A stretch of DNA of 63,395 bases, filler included, from Licmophora abbreviata (GCA_900291995.1; 16 parts of 16 records of this genome joined end to end with filler, not necessarily neighbours in it), one strand, 5' to 3'; shown: positions 51,175-62,300, counted from the first letter of the whole stretch. Program-made: numbers and translations. The notes: a model not told the origin generated them from the sequence alone.

Positions 51175-53391
51175 ATGATAACGCTCTTCTCGGCTGGGAA
51201 GCTCCTGATGCTCTCTGCGACGCTCTGGGCGTCGCATGCGGATCAGCCAATGGGCTGCACCTTGTGTTCGAACGGTGATGCCTTCAACCCGATTGCCGTC
51301 ACGGATTTTGGTGAGGACGTAGTATCCCTGTTGGCATTACTGCATCATACGATATGACATGACGCTATCCTGCATGACTCTCACGCCACTTTTGTGTGCC
51401 CCATGGTCATTATTACACTTTGCTATATACACAGGTGTTCCTTGTGCTGTCTTGGCAGTGACTGCGAGGACACTTGAGCCCCCTCCCGATACGGAATGTC
51501 TCGCCATTCAGTTTACTGGTTTTCAGCAGTGTGGGTAAGTCATATAGTACGTCGGGGTCGTCTGCCATGCGTGCTGTGGCGACGAACGATGAGAGGAATG
51601 AATCAGACGACAGAAACGCGAGTACAAATCCTGGTTTGAGATAACCGCATCTCAATCGCCGCTATTCTGCACTCTACACAACAGCTGCCCCAACCTTCCT
51701 GATATTATTCCTGGTGACACGTGTCACGTCTGTGGCGATAGTTCGCTCTCCTTCAATGAGGAAAAGCAAGTCTTCGACACGGAACTTGTCAGTCCGATCT
51801 TCTTTGGCGACGAAACCACCTGTGGAGAACTCAATACGGTTGCGTCCTTTACTCCTGATACGGTTGGTGCATGCGGCGTCTTTGAATCGCTCGGGGGCTA
51901 CTGCGAGTGCGAGGGACAAACTCCTTCCTGTACAGTGTGCCCAGATGGGACGCCTGTGCCAGATCCTTCCTTGAGTCTAGCCGACCTGGACGGTCTGACC
52001 GACCTCATTGACTTTGAATTTGCCGATCCGGACCAAATAACCTGTGGTGCTCTTGATTTCGCGGCCGCCTTTGTCGGAGGTGATACTGGTTCAGATCAGT
52101 GCAATCAACTCCAAGACTTTGCCTTTGCCTGTGGGTGTCCGGGCGCGGAACCAAAATGCACGTTGTGTCCACTGGGAGAGTCACCTCCCAACGCGAATGT
52201 GGTTGTTCCCACCATTGGTGGAGCGGAATTGTCTTGCGCGGAGCTTAATACGGCTGTTACGGCCTTTGCGGAGGAGGCGCAATGCTCCACCGCACAGAGA
52301 ACGGGAGTTCTTTTGTGTGGGTGCCAGCCACCTGAGGAGACAGGCGGATGCGGCACCTCCATCTGCCCGAACGGAAGTGCCATTCCCGACCCGGACGCTC
52401 TTGTCTTCTTTGGAGGTTGGTATTGGATCAATCGTTGTGGCTCTATCTATTTACTTTGCTCGTGACTTACTCTATGAGTGCGTTTCCGTTCTATGTAGGT
52501 GCCTTCTTAACATGCTCCGAGCTTGAGACTGTTCTCAACGTACTAGATGATCCCGTGGACTGCGAGCAGGTAGCGTTCATTGGCGTCCAGCTTTGCGGCT
52601 GCACCGGTGGAGACCCTCCTAACTGTCCTTTATGCGAAGACGGATCTGACATTCCAGAACCTCTTTTGGAGATTGGTCCCGGCGAGGTTTGTGTTGACCT
52701 TGCTTTCGACGCTTTCAGCCTGGTGCCTGGTGACGCTTCGTGTACTGCCGTTCAATCCACAGTCGGTGTCTATTGCGGTTGCTCCAACCCCATTGCGGCT
52801 CCCAGCGCCTGTCGTCTCTGTGGAGATGACAATCTTCTCCCGGACCCTTCCCGTGAAGTCTCAGCTCCTGGTGCTTTGTCGTTTCTTTCGGGTAGCTGCG
52901 GTCGTATCGAACTTCTTGCCACTGCTGGAGACGTTGCTTGTGGTCAGGCGCAGGCGAACTTTGGCATGGAATGTTGTGTAGCTGATGATCCGCCTACGGC
53001 ATCTCCAACTGCCCCTCAACCCACAACAAGTACCACCGACCCGCCCGTCTCCGACATGCCTTCTAGCGCCCCAACTGGTGAGCTTCATCGTGGAGTTTTC
53101 CTCTTGGATTTCAATGATCGTCACTAACAATAATGCTTTCGCTGCTTCTCGCTTTCAGTCTCCCAGACGCAACCTCCTCAGACACAGCCGCCTTTCCCTA
53201 CATCGGGTAGTGTTGCAAAGACGCCGACTGCGATTTTTGCCATCGTTATGTCGAGTTTCGCATTGATGTCCTATTTTGAGAATGGATCTGTTGATGAAGC
53301 GAAAGTAATAGTAGCGATGGCTGGAACCTGGGGTCGTAAGCTAGCCAAAGATATTGAGAAGGACTATGTAGTAAAACGTTATACGCAGTAG
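51175..53391 (+). CDS. Cys-rich repeat secreted/cell-surface protein family copy C (exons 51175-51310, 51435-51534, 51685-52415, 52499-53077, 53159-53391)
   Basis: Signal peptide, about 7 repeats of CxxC-x(n)-PDP-x(n)-TC-x(n)-C-x(n)-CGC, a Pro/Thr/Ser stalk (PTASPTAPQPTT, PSSAPT) and a hydrophobic tail. All junctions are GT..AG and in frame. Confidence 0.85.
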
Positions 53392-53528
53392 TATTCTACC
53401 TGAGAAGCATGCATACTAGAGAGGACAGTACAGACTACAGCTAGCTCGACACTCTCCAAGGGATGTTCGTACAATTGCGTAGTACAAAGCTAGAGAGCAG
53501 TTAGGAATCCAGTACGCTTAAGATATCT

Positions 53529-54830
53529 TTACATTGCCGTTCCGTACGGAGGCCGCATAATGTATTTGAGCATGACGGCCTTGTCGTGTGTCACTCCATG
53601 CTCGTCGCTATCGTCCACAAAGTGTACCATGCAGAACGACCCGCCTCCGCTCACCTTCCGCGGCGCTTGGACAATCGTGGCTTGGTAAAAGGAAGTTGTA
53701 TCTGGATAAACTGCAAAGACTGCGTCTCCCCGCGCCAACTTCTCCAAGGTACTCAATACAACAACTTGTGGCTCTGGAAGATGGAACACTGTGGTCGGGA
53801 GCGATGCCGAGGTATGAGCACTAACTCTCGTCATACGGCTTACACACTACAAACATGGTATACTTACCTTTGTTGCTTTCGACGTCTTCGTCGGACAGAG
53901 TATATATGCCCGTTGTGGCATCGTGCGAAATCACCTTTGCCAAGATCCAGTCGGGCGACGCTGGATTGGTCTGAATCGCCGCCAAGTCGTTAGGCTTGAC
54001 ACCGCCCTCGCTCTCATACTCGCCCGTGACCTTGAGAAGAGCATACACAAGCAAAGTTAGCACACAAGCCAAGTTGGCAATATGAAAAAGATCGAGTCTC
54101 ACTAGTAGAGAAGACTGTCCGAAGTTTCAATACCTTGAGTAGTCTGCGCCATCGCAGTTGTCGAGGAAACAGAGCGCGGAAGGGCGGTGAGTATATAGAG
54201 GGCATATCAAGTCTATCGCCCAATATCTCAACCTCACTTACGATTCCAATCTGTTCAAGTCACTGTCAAGTCTCCGCACTGTCGCATCTACCAATGCCTG
54301 AGTTTGCTCGGCAATGGCAACCTTCTCCTCCGCTTGTTGCATAGCATCCTGACGTAGTCTTGCAATTCGTCTATACGAAGGAAGGTCCTGAATGTAAGTT
54401 CTGAGTTCCTCTGTTGTCGGGACAATCGCAGGTCGCTCCCCGTCAGTCTCCGAGCTTAACACCAGGACACCAGGAGTGCCCTCCGCAGTGATTCCCGGTT
54501 CCAGTTGCATGACTTTGGCCTCGGCCTGCTGGACAAACTCTTGTTGAGCCTTCCGAAGTTCTTCTAAACGTTCACTGGTATGAGATCAAAATCGAAGGAG
54601 GGAGGATAGATAAGAAACCAAACATTACACACAAGCAAGCTCTCTTTGAGATACTACGAGTTGAAAGGTCTCGGCGTAGACCTGAAAGCCGACAGCATAG
54701 CAAATATAGTGACACACACTCACGAGCACGAGGTATCGACGCTCTTCAGCCAGTCCATATTTCGTCTGATTTCATGCGGCATTGTCGCAAGAGTCTCAAC
54801 GAAGGACTCTAAATACGTTTCGTCTCCCAT
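53529..54830 (-). CDS. SGF29: ING N-terminal domain plus SGF29 tandem Tudor protein (exons 54830-54724, 54574-54242, 54143-54134, 54030-53868, 53788-53529)
   Basis: ING-like TYLESFVETLATMPHEIRRNMDWLKSVD and AEEKVAIAEQTQALVDATVRRLDSDLNRLE. SGF29-like WILAKV...YTLSDED, VFAVYPDTTSFYQATI and VHFVDD. Confidence 0.85.
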
Positions 54831-55094
54831 AATAGAAGTAATCGAGGGTCAAGAAGGAATCGATCGATATTCATATGGAAAGAAAGGCTACGTGCAATCA
54901 CGTCTCCATGGCCATGGTGTGTGTCCCGGCCGCGGCGTGTCGCGGTTTGTGCGGGTGCCGCGAGTAGTGCGAGGTGCGAGCTCCTTTGACGATGAGACGA
55001 GGATGGCACACCCCAGCTAATGAACTTTGGCTTAGGTCATGGACAATCATGCTATGTATGTAGCGCCTCTGGAACCTACCTTTTACACAGCGTT

Positions 55095-57305
55095 CTAATA
55101 GTCATCGTCGGGCCCAGCTATGCGAGTGACAATCCGTAGCTTGTTGTGCAGTAGTCCCCATGAGCGAAATCGATGAAACACCGGCAGAGTCAAGCCGAAC
55201 CTCCAGCACAACGCTGCTGTCGTAACTTGCCCCGTCAGGGCATCGGCATTGACCAGCTCCTGGAACATCCGCTCTTCCGGGCTGTCGCTAGACGGATTCC
55301 AGCTTTTGTCGTTATCGTCGATCGCCTTGTTGTTTGGATCATTACTTGTGGATTTTACCTTTGTGTCGTTGTACGCGTTGACAGCAACGAGGAACTCTTC
55401 CACCTCGATGACAACCTGATGCGATCGAAGCCATACAGCCATGTCATACACGAGCTCCTCCAATGACTCGTTCGGACGTGCTGGTGGCGATCTCTCCCCC
55501 GTGGAAGACTTGAGCAACGCCGCGGCCAAGACACCGTCGCCAGCACTGCTGCTTCCCGTCGTCAGCGACGCAATGACCTCGTCCAGTGTCTCGCTCTTGG
55601 AAGTTAGCAGCGACGTAACGACAAAGATAGACTGATGGTAGAACCGACGTGAAAAGGCCAGTGATAGGTCTTGTAGTCGTGTCACAACGTTCGTACAACA
55701 TGCCAGTCGTGTCGATCGAGTCAAGACTGGCGATATGAGAGCGGCGTGTTGCCGAACTAAGTATTGGGCCAAATCAAGCACGATCTGGAGAGGCAGTGCC
55801 GTGTCGAAGGCAATTTCTTGCAAGGACCTGCGGGGGCTGGCCATAAGCAGCAACTGTCGCAGTCGCCGCTGGGGCGTCGCGACAAAAGTCGTGTCGTTGA
55901 GCTCACTAAGTAGTGATGACAAGGTCTCGACCAGTTCACTCGGTGATGCATGAGGGAAAAGTAGCGTGTGATAGGCACGTGGTGTTCCAACTCTCCTGCC
56001 CCCCATTTCCGGCGGAGCAGCCGCTGATTCAATGGGCACAGCCAAATGACTATGAATATAAACAACACCTTGTGACCCACTTAGCAGCACCGAAGGAGTG
56101 GGCGTGTAGTCTTGTTGGTTGCGGGATAGAGCGTGGAACACATCTACCAGTTCGCGTGCCAGATTACCGTGCAATCCCTCAGGCGGCGGTGCTGACAGCA
56201 ACAATTCCAACAGCTCTTGTTCTTTTTCATAACGATGCTGCTCGTCCCACTGAGCCTGTTGATTCATTGCATGTAACTCCGAGGGCCCATGATGATGATG
56301 GTCGGATGTCGCGGCCGCTTCGGACGCCACGGCACTCAGCGACGCCGTCGTCACCCCCGATAGTACTCGTCGATGCTCTCCTCGTCTTGAAATACTGCTT
56401 GTGGTTGTATCGGTTGTCCCATTCGCACCACTGTTATTTCGTACATGCGCTTTGTCGTCGTCGTATTGCCGCGAGCGCACGTGTGCAGCAATTTTTAGAA
56501 ACTGCGAGGACTGCCGCGATACGTAGCGACAGCGCCGCTCTTCCCGTTCCAGGACGCGTCCTAGTCGTGCTAGTGATATGTGGACTTGTCGTATGGACAA
56601 AAAGGAAAGCGAGGCATTGCGTCTCTGGCTCTTAGTAACAGTCGTGGCAGAAGACGGCCGTTGAAGTTCTTCGTCCGTCATCAGGGCTCCCCCGGGGTCT
56701 TCCATGGTTTCCTCAGAAAAAGTCGAAGCGAACCAGCCTGAAATTGGAATGTTCGAAACGGAAACCGAAGGCACCAGTGCCACAATAACATTGAAGAGAA
56801 CAAGCGGAGAACCACTACTAGTTGTGCTTCCAGCTTCCTCTTCGCCGCCGTCTGCCACGGGCGGCGGCTCATCATCGAATAGCACTGCTCGGCAACAAAA
56901 CACGGTACCACCGACACTGATCGTCATGGGCTGTCCACAAAGCGGTTTCTTCGGTCGAAAGAGCTTGGCCATCACTCGGGGAAGGAGCGTAAAGAACAGA
57001 TTTTCCTCTCGCGGTGGATCGTAAACGCTGCTGTTACCATGCTGCGTGGTACTAGGAGTGTTACGACTTGCACGTTGCGATGAGACGGGGTATCGTACGA
57101 CCAGCTGGGCACCCTTTCCTCTATTCTCCACGACCAGGGCGATTCCCAATACTCGAAAGGGTGCACTGGGATGCAGTGGATCGGCAGAACCATCGCTGCT
57201 GTCGCTGGTGGTAGCCTCAGCCGCCGTCATGGTGATGGCCACACAGTGATGGTCTGTCATGGGATTTTTGATTTTTGGCGTCGTCGCGCACCTCGCGAGG
57301 TCCAT
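55095..57305 (-). CDS. NPRL3: GATOR1 complex subunit NPRL3/Npr3 (start may be 57305, 57260 or 57230)
   Basis: LGIALVV...GAQLVVRYP longin start, AKLFRPKKPLCGQ, LFNVIVAL, LEREERRCRYVSRQ, NLARELVDVFHAL, RAYHTLL and SPRRSLQEIAFDTALPL. Confidence 0.85.
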   Translation of the reverse strand: MDLARCATTPKIKNPMTDHHCVAITMTAAEATTSDSSDGSADPLHPSAPFRVLGIALVVENRGKGAQLVVRYPVSSQRASRNTPSTTQHGNSSVYDPPREENLFFTLLPRVMAKLFRPKKPLCGQPMTISVGGTVFCCRAVLFDDEPPPVADGGEEEAGSTTSSGSPLVLFNVIVALVPSVSVSNIPISGWFASTFSEETMEDPGGALMTDEELQRPSSATTVTKSQRRNASLSFLSIRQVHISLARLGRVLEREERRCRYVSRQSSQFLKIAAHVRSRQYDDDKAHVRNNSGANGTTDTTTSSISRRGEHRRVLSGVTTASLSAVASEAAATSDHHHHGPSELHAMNQQAQWDEQHRYEKEQELLELLLSAPPPEGLHGNLARELVDVFHALSRNQQDYTPTPSVLLSGSQGVVYIHSHLAVPIESAAAPPEMGGRRVGTPRAYHTLLFPHASPSELVETLSSLLSELNDTTFVATPQRRLRQLLLMASPRRSLQEIAFDTALPLQIVLDLAQYLVRQHAALISPVLTRSTRLACCTNVVTRLQDLSLAFSRRFYHQSIFVVTSLLTSKSETLDEVIASLTTGSSSAGDGVLAAALLKSSTGERSPPARPNESLEELVYDMAVWLRSHQVVIEVEEFLVAVNAYNDTKVKSTSNDPNNKAIDDNDKSWNPSSDSPEERMFQELVNADALTGQVTTAALCWRFGLTLPVFHRFRSWGLLHNKLRIVTRIAGPDDDY

Positions 57306-57642
57306 GACGGCCCATAGACCTCGCGGATTGGTAAAGGCTGCAAATCACACGCAACACGCCATGAGATTTTGCCGTCGCNNNNNNNNNNNNNNNNNNNNNN
57401 NNNNNNNNNNNNNNNNNNNNNNTTAATTAATTAANNNNNNNNNNNNNNNNNNNNNNNNNNNNNNNNNNNNNNNNNNNNGTAAAGGCTGCAAATCACACGC
57501 TACACGCCATGAGATTTTGCCGTCGCATCGAGTCCTCGTTATACACCCTTCGTCTCCCTCCGTTGTACAGATTGACTCTACTATCACAGCAGACTAAAAC
57601 CCCCGCTTCCTTTTCAATTGAATTACTTGTTCTTACAAGATA

Positions 57643-58116
57643 ATGATGATTCGATCAGGACGCATCCCCCCGGTGTTGTCGCGCATCTGCAGCGAAGGCA
57701 TTCGCGCCAGCATGCTGGTGACGACGGACGGAGAGCTCCTGGGCACCAGCTATCCTCTTCCGGACGACTTGAAGGATATCAGTGAAGTATCCACGCTTTT
57801 GACAGAAATCAGCGCCGATTATAGGCGCCTCGGGCAAGAATTGGTCTTGCTGGATACAAGCATTAGTAGTTCGCACCACCAGCATGCTGACGACGACGAC
57901 GACGATACTATGCATACAACTACCCCGAAATCCAGTCTGCAGTACATCGAAATGGAACTAGAGCAAGGGCTGGTGGGTGTGTGTACTACCAACGTAGACT
58001 GCCTGATAATGGCCATTGCAACTCCAGATACGCCGTCGGGGCTGCTCAAAGCGAGATTGGAGGCGTTGGCACATCACGTACAAGAAGCTTTGACACCATT
58101 GACAGAACCTACGTGA
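57643..58116 (+). CDS. LAMTOR2: Roadblock/LC7 protein, Ragulator subunit LAMTOR2-like
   Basis: MIRSGRIPPVLSRICSEGIRASMLVTTDGELLG and GLLKARLEALAHHVQEALTPL resemble the LAMTOR2 termini (MLRPKALTQVLSQ...LLNNEGSLLA and GMLKAKAQALVQYLEEPL). Confidence 0.8.
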   Translation: MMIRSGRIPPVLSRICSEGIRASMLVTTDGELLGTSYPLPDDLKDISEVSTLLTEISADYRRLGQELVLLDTSISSSHHQHADDDDDDTMHTTTPKSSLQYIEMELEQGLVGVCTTNVDCLIMAIATPDTPSGLLKARLEALAHHVQEALTPLTEPT

Positions 58117-58144
58117 TGCAACCGAATAAACGTAGTTTAAAGAG

Positions 58145-59217
58145 TCATTTTAAATTGACTTTTTCCGGTCCTCGTAACAGCTGTCGTCCCAGCAAATCGG
58201 CTTGTCGTACGGGCTCGGGGATGCGCGCGAGGGATAGGCGGGCACAGAGGAGGACCGCATCTTCCAGAGACATACGATGGCCCACGGATACATATATGGG
58301 ATTCGTGGAGGCTACCGAAGCTTGTCTTGAAAATTTTCCACCATGCCCAACCAAGGCACATGCGAGAACTCTGCTGTCGTCCTCTCCCCGGAGTTTGACG
58401 CCAACTCCCTGACAGAATGGAGCGATGTGTTGGAATATCGAGAGTCGATCGACTGACTGTGCAGTCGTTTGTGGATCTTGATTCGGATTGGAGCACTCTC
58501 GTCGCAGAATTAGCATACGATCCGTACTATCGGTAAAGCTGATGTTGGTAACCCCGCTCGACGAGGAAATATCGGACTCGTCTACGAGCTCCTTCTGTAA
58601 CAATGAAATCGTTTCATCCACACACCGTTTCACATTCCCTTTCGTCCATCCACCTTCGCAGTACAACGTCTTTCCCACCCCAATCGTGGGAATCTCACAT
58701 CGCACTCCCACAAAACATGCCAGACCGGCTCGTCTGGAATGTAGTATGCCATTCCCATCCACCAAAATCGCAGCGGGCGTTCGTTCCGGTCGCTCGGTCA
58801 TTTGTGTTCGAACCAAACGTTCCAGTGGCTCGATTTCTCGAAAGGATAAATAGGATGAGACATACGGTAGCGTTACATGAAAGTACTCATGATCCCTATA
58901 CACTACCTGCATAGTTCTTTCGTCCAGAACGACATAGACAGCCACGGCCGGGTCATCGACTGAGTCCTCGTCGGGAAAACTCACATCGACGCCTCCAAAA
59001 TAGTATTGATGACAAGATTGGTTCGTTTCCTGAGCAACAGAAATGAACTTGAAGTATGAAGAAAAAAATGTTGCATCGGGCGAGTCATCATCATCCAAAA
59101 CAGCACTTGGGAAGCAATGAGATGCTGTTCTTTGCGCCAGGATTCCAAACGTGCCTCCAACGAAGTGGTCTCGTCGCTAATTGATTTCAAGGAGGCTGAT
59201 AAAGACGAGTCCTTCAT
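58145..59217 (-). CDS. ENDOV: Endonuclease V (inosine-specific); apparent 1-bp frameshift at 59097-59100
   Basis: GGVDVSF, PYVSSYLSFRE, LVDGNGILH, PTIGVGK, PIYVSVGH and RIPEPVRQAD. The N-terminal WRKEQHLIASQV is in the adjacent frame. Confidence 0.92.
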
Positions 59218-59565
59218 TTCATCACATATTCAGTTAGCTAGATCATCGTCGTTGTACGCTTGTGTGAAGACAGAGAACGCTCTGTCGTTTTTCTGTGTCA
59301 CGAGATTCCCGCTGAGTTTCAGTCGGGTCACGAGTCTTTCAAATCATCAATGATGATGGCTCGCTCGCAGTCTGTCCAACTAAAGATTTTTGACCAATCA
59401 CATTGCGCGAAGCGTAGAAAGAACACAGGCAACGTTCTCGCAAGACATCGCGGTGACATTCTGCANNNNNNNNNNNNNNNNNNNNNNNNNNNNNNNNNNN
59501 NNNNNNNNNTTAATTAATTAANNNNNNNNNNNNNNNNNNNNNNNNNNNNNNNNNNNNNNNNNNNN

Positions 59566-60335
59566 CCACGTACACTATCGAGGCTCGCGACAGACGTTTC
59601 GCCGTCGGCGTACTTTCCAACAGCGACATTGTTAAGCGACATTCCCAGCAAGTGTGCCACGTCGTGGCCCAACTCTTTGCTGGAGGGACCGGCAAAGAGC
59701 ATAAAGCGCTGAAGGACACCTGATTGGATGCGCGGCGTTCGATAAAAGTACATTTTCCGAGTCGTCACCATTGGATTTTTCATAGGTGCGGTTGAGCTGG
59801 TCGGCAGTGTCTTGACGCGATCCGGAGGTTGTACTTCCGACGTGGCTAAAAATGTTGCCTCTTCCGATCTATTAATATCGTCGTCGCTTGGAATCAATGT
59901 TTCCAGGGTGGTCTCAAAGGCACGAATGCCCTTTTTCAATGCTGAACCGTCGTCGCGGTTTTCCTCGTCTCGACCGACCGGCGGCGGTACTGTCTCAATC
60001 CGAATGTATTGACTGATATCTTCAATTCCTTCTTTCGTACCCACGACCGCCGGATCGCTGGTACTCGCATACGACGGTAGTTCGTCTTCCTCAGGCATAG
60101 CTTGGTCACACTGCGAGTACAGAGCGCTCGACACACCGACGACAGCGCTCGCCCCTATAATCGCCGCGGCAGTCAGCATGGACGTAATGCTACTGTGGCT
60201 ATCGGTCTGTCCACCATCGTGCAACGATGACGATACCGAAGCCAGCGACCTCCTTCCAGCAGGCGCATGCTTTGCCCAACATGACGTCAACTGCCGGCGT
60301 GCGGTCCGCACCAAAATCAAGGATCCTGACGGCAT
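59566..60335 (-). CDS. PRS: Ribose-phosphate pyrophosphokinase (PRPP synthetase), 5' part only, with long organelle-type N-terminal extension
   Basis: [20 protein letters not shown]...[11 protein letters not shown]...DSVR matches the PRS N-terminus. Truncated by the spacer. Confidence 0.82.
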
Positions 60336-61089
60336 CACGACAAGGATAGAAGCTCAACGCAGCTTTGTGCACCGTTTTCCCTGACACCAATACTGAGGCA
60401 GAGCGAGTGTAAATAAGATTCACTCGGATGTGTCGGCTCAAACGCAGAGCGAACAGAGTGGCGATAGACTGATGCTAATGGCCTGCACCGTGCGCTATCA
60501 TCATGGCCAAAAGATCCGAAGGGCGACGGGTTCGGGTAACGCGAACACATCAACTGATGATCAGGTGGAGATCGGATGGATGAAATCTGCCGGTGAGCTG
60601 ACGGTCAGACTGTTGCTCATTCAGTTTTATTGATGCGTACCGGGTGCACATTCCATAAGAATAATATAGTATCGGAGAAACGTCATGACATCTCTTCAAC
60701 TAGTGATTCGAAACATCATTCGGACTCTTCATATTTATCGATATGATTGTCTGTAGAGAAATAGGTTCTCTGATAAATCCTCTTTCACGTATAAAATATA
60801 CGACAATGTACGAAGGGTCATCCTGAAAATGACTTTGACAAGCAAGAGAAGCCCTCGAGTCCAGCTCACGTATTGTCTGGTAGGATTTCAACAAGCGAGA
60901 GCCGGTCAAGTCGTAAGAAACGTACTGGGCCTTGCGTGATTTCCTCTTGGGCATAATCAATACCCATGTTGTGGTGGCCACAAAAATCGTCGACGGACCA
61001 GCATAACATTCTTCGAGGCGGCGACAAAGCTGTGATTGGAATTCGTTCATTCCCTTCAAGTCAATACCGTTTCAGTCCTTGACTTGAGC

Positions 61090-62300
61090 ATGAACCCGAG
61101 TCTCGTGGAATACAGACCAGACATCATGGACGAACTGAGCCACAAGCCGTCGTTTGACGACGATCAGAGGAGTCTCGAGGATCTCTTGAAGGATCCGGAT
61201 TTTTCGAGCATTGACCCCGACGACCTGCTCACTTCCTCCCTCTTTGATGATTCAGGAGGCAACATCAATAATCTTATTGATAAACTTGATACCATCCCCA
61301 GCGAACGCAACCTCGACTACGACCACGATCCGACGACGTTCATCAAGCAAGATCTTCCCATGGTCTCTCCGTCGTCGTATCGAGAATCCACGATCGATTT
61401 TGATGAAGACGAGATCAAGGCCCCTTCCATGGACCCAATCAGTTACGGTGAAATAATTGAGCCTGACCCTTTGCCGCCCCGGGAGCCAGTCAACATCGAC
61501 TCCAATGGTTTCCCGGTTCACGGCACACCACGTTTTGAAGAGCGTCATCGGGCCTATTCCTCCGACGCCGATACATTTCACGATCAGTCTGGTTATGGGC
61601 GTGATGGACCAATCAGCCGTGGAAGGATTGGTAGAAATGGACCTCCTATTCAGAGCTCCAACACTTCCATGGAGATGGACCACATGAACTCCAATTTCCA
61701 CGGCATCCAGCTCAATTCGATGGAGGCCAATACCGCCCCCACCCCACCAAAACGTACACCAGGGGTCCTCATACTCCGCCACGTACGGCCCCGCCCCAAC
61801 GACACCATAGTGACCCTATGGTACCACCAGCAAATGGGGACATTCAGTCCTACAACGAGGCCATGGAGAAGCTATGCGAGTCTATGAAACGCAGTGCAAT
61901 GAGTCGCAGCCTCGTCAAGCAATTGTCGGGTCGCAATCTCACAAAACAGCCATCTTCTCGAAGTCTCACCAAGCAAGGTTCGCAACGCAGTCTCAATAAG
62001 CAAGGATCGTCACGGAATCTGATCAAGCAAGGTTCGCAACGAAGCTTGCTAAGCGACCACAGTGGTCACCGCTCATCTCCTGGATACTTCCCGGCGCGCC
62101 GATCTAGCGTCGACACGAAGCACCGAATCGGACGGGAAGCTTTCCAAGGTAGGCCCATGCCAGGTCGTGGAGGCCTCTCTCGTCAAAACTCGAGCAGTGC
62201 TATCACGGGCAACAACAAGCGACTTGGTGCTATGATCCAGATGGATAATGGCAGGGGTGCGTATGTCAATGATGGGGACCGTACTGTCTACTCCGGGTGA
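61090..62300 (+). CDS. Hypothetical disordered protein (acidic N-half, basic repeat C-half); apparent frameshift at 61762-61765
   Basis: ORFs 61036-61887 and 61818-62300 join if one G is added to GGGG (TPGGPHTPPRTAPPQRHHSDPM). Helix YNEAMEKLCESMKRSAMSR is followed by KQxSxRxL repeats. Confidence 0.65.
61917..62050 (+). repeat. Five degenerate 27-bp coding repeats (KQGSQRSL-type nonapeptide)
   Basis: KQLSGRNLT KQPSSRSLT KQGSQRSLN KQGSSRNLI KQGSQRSLL. Confidence 0.85.
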
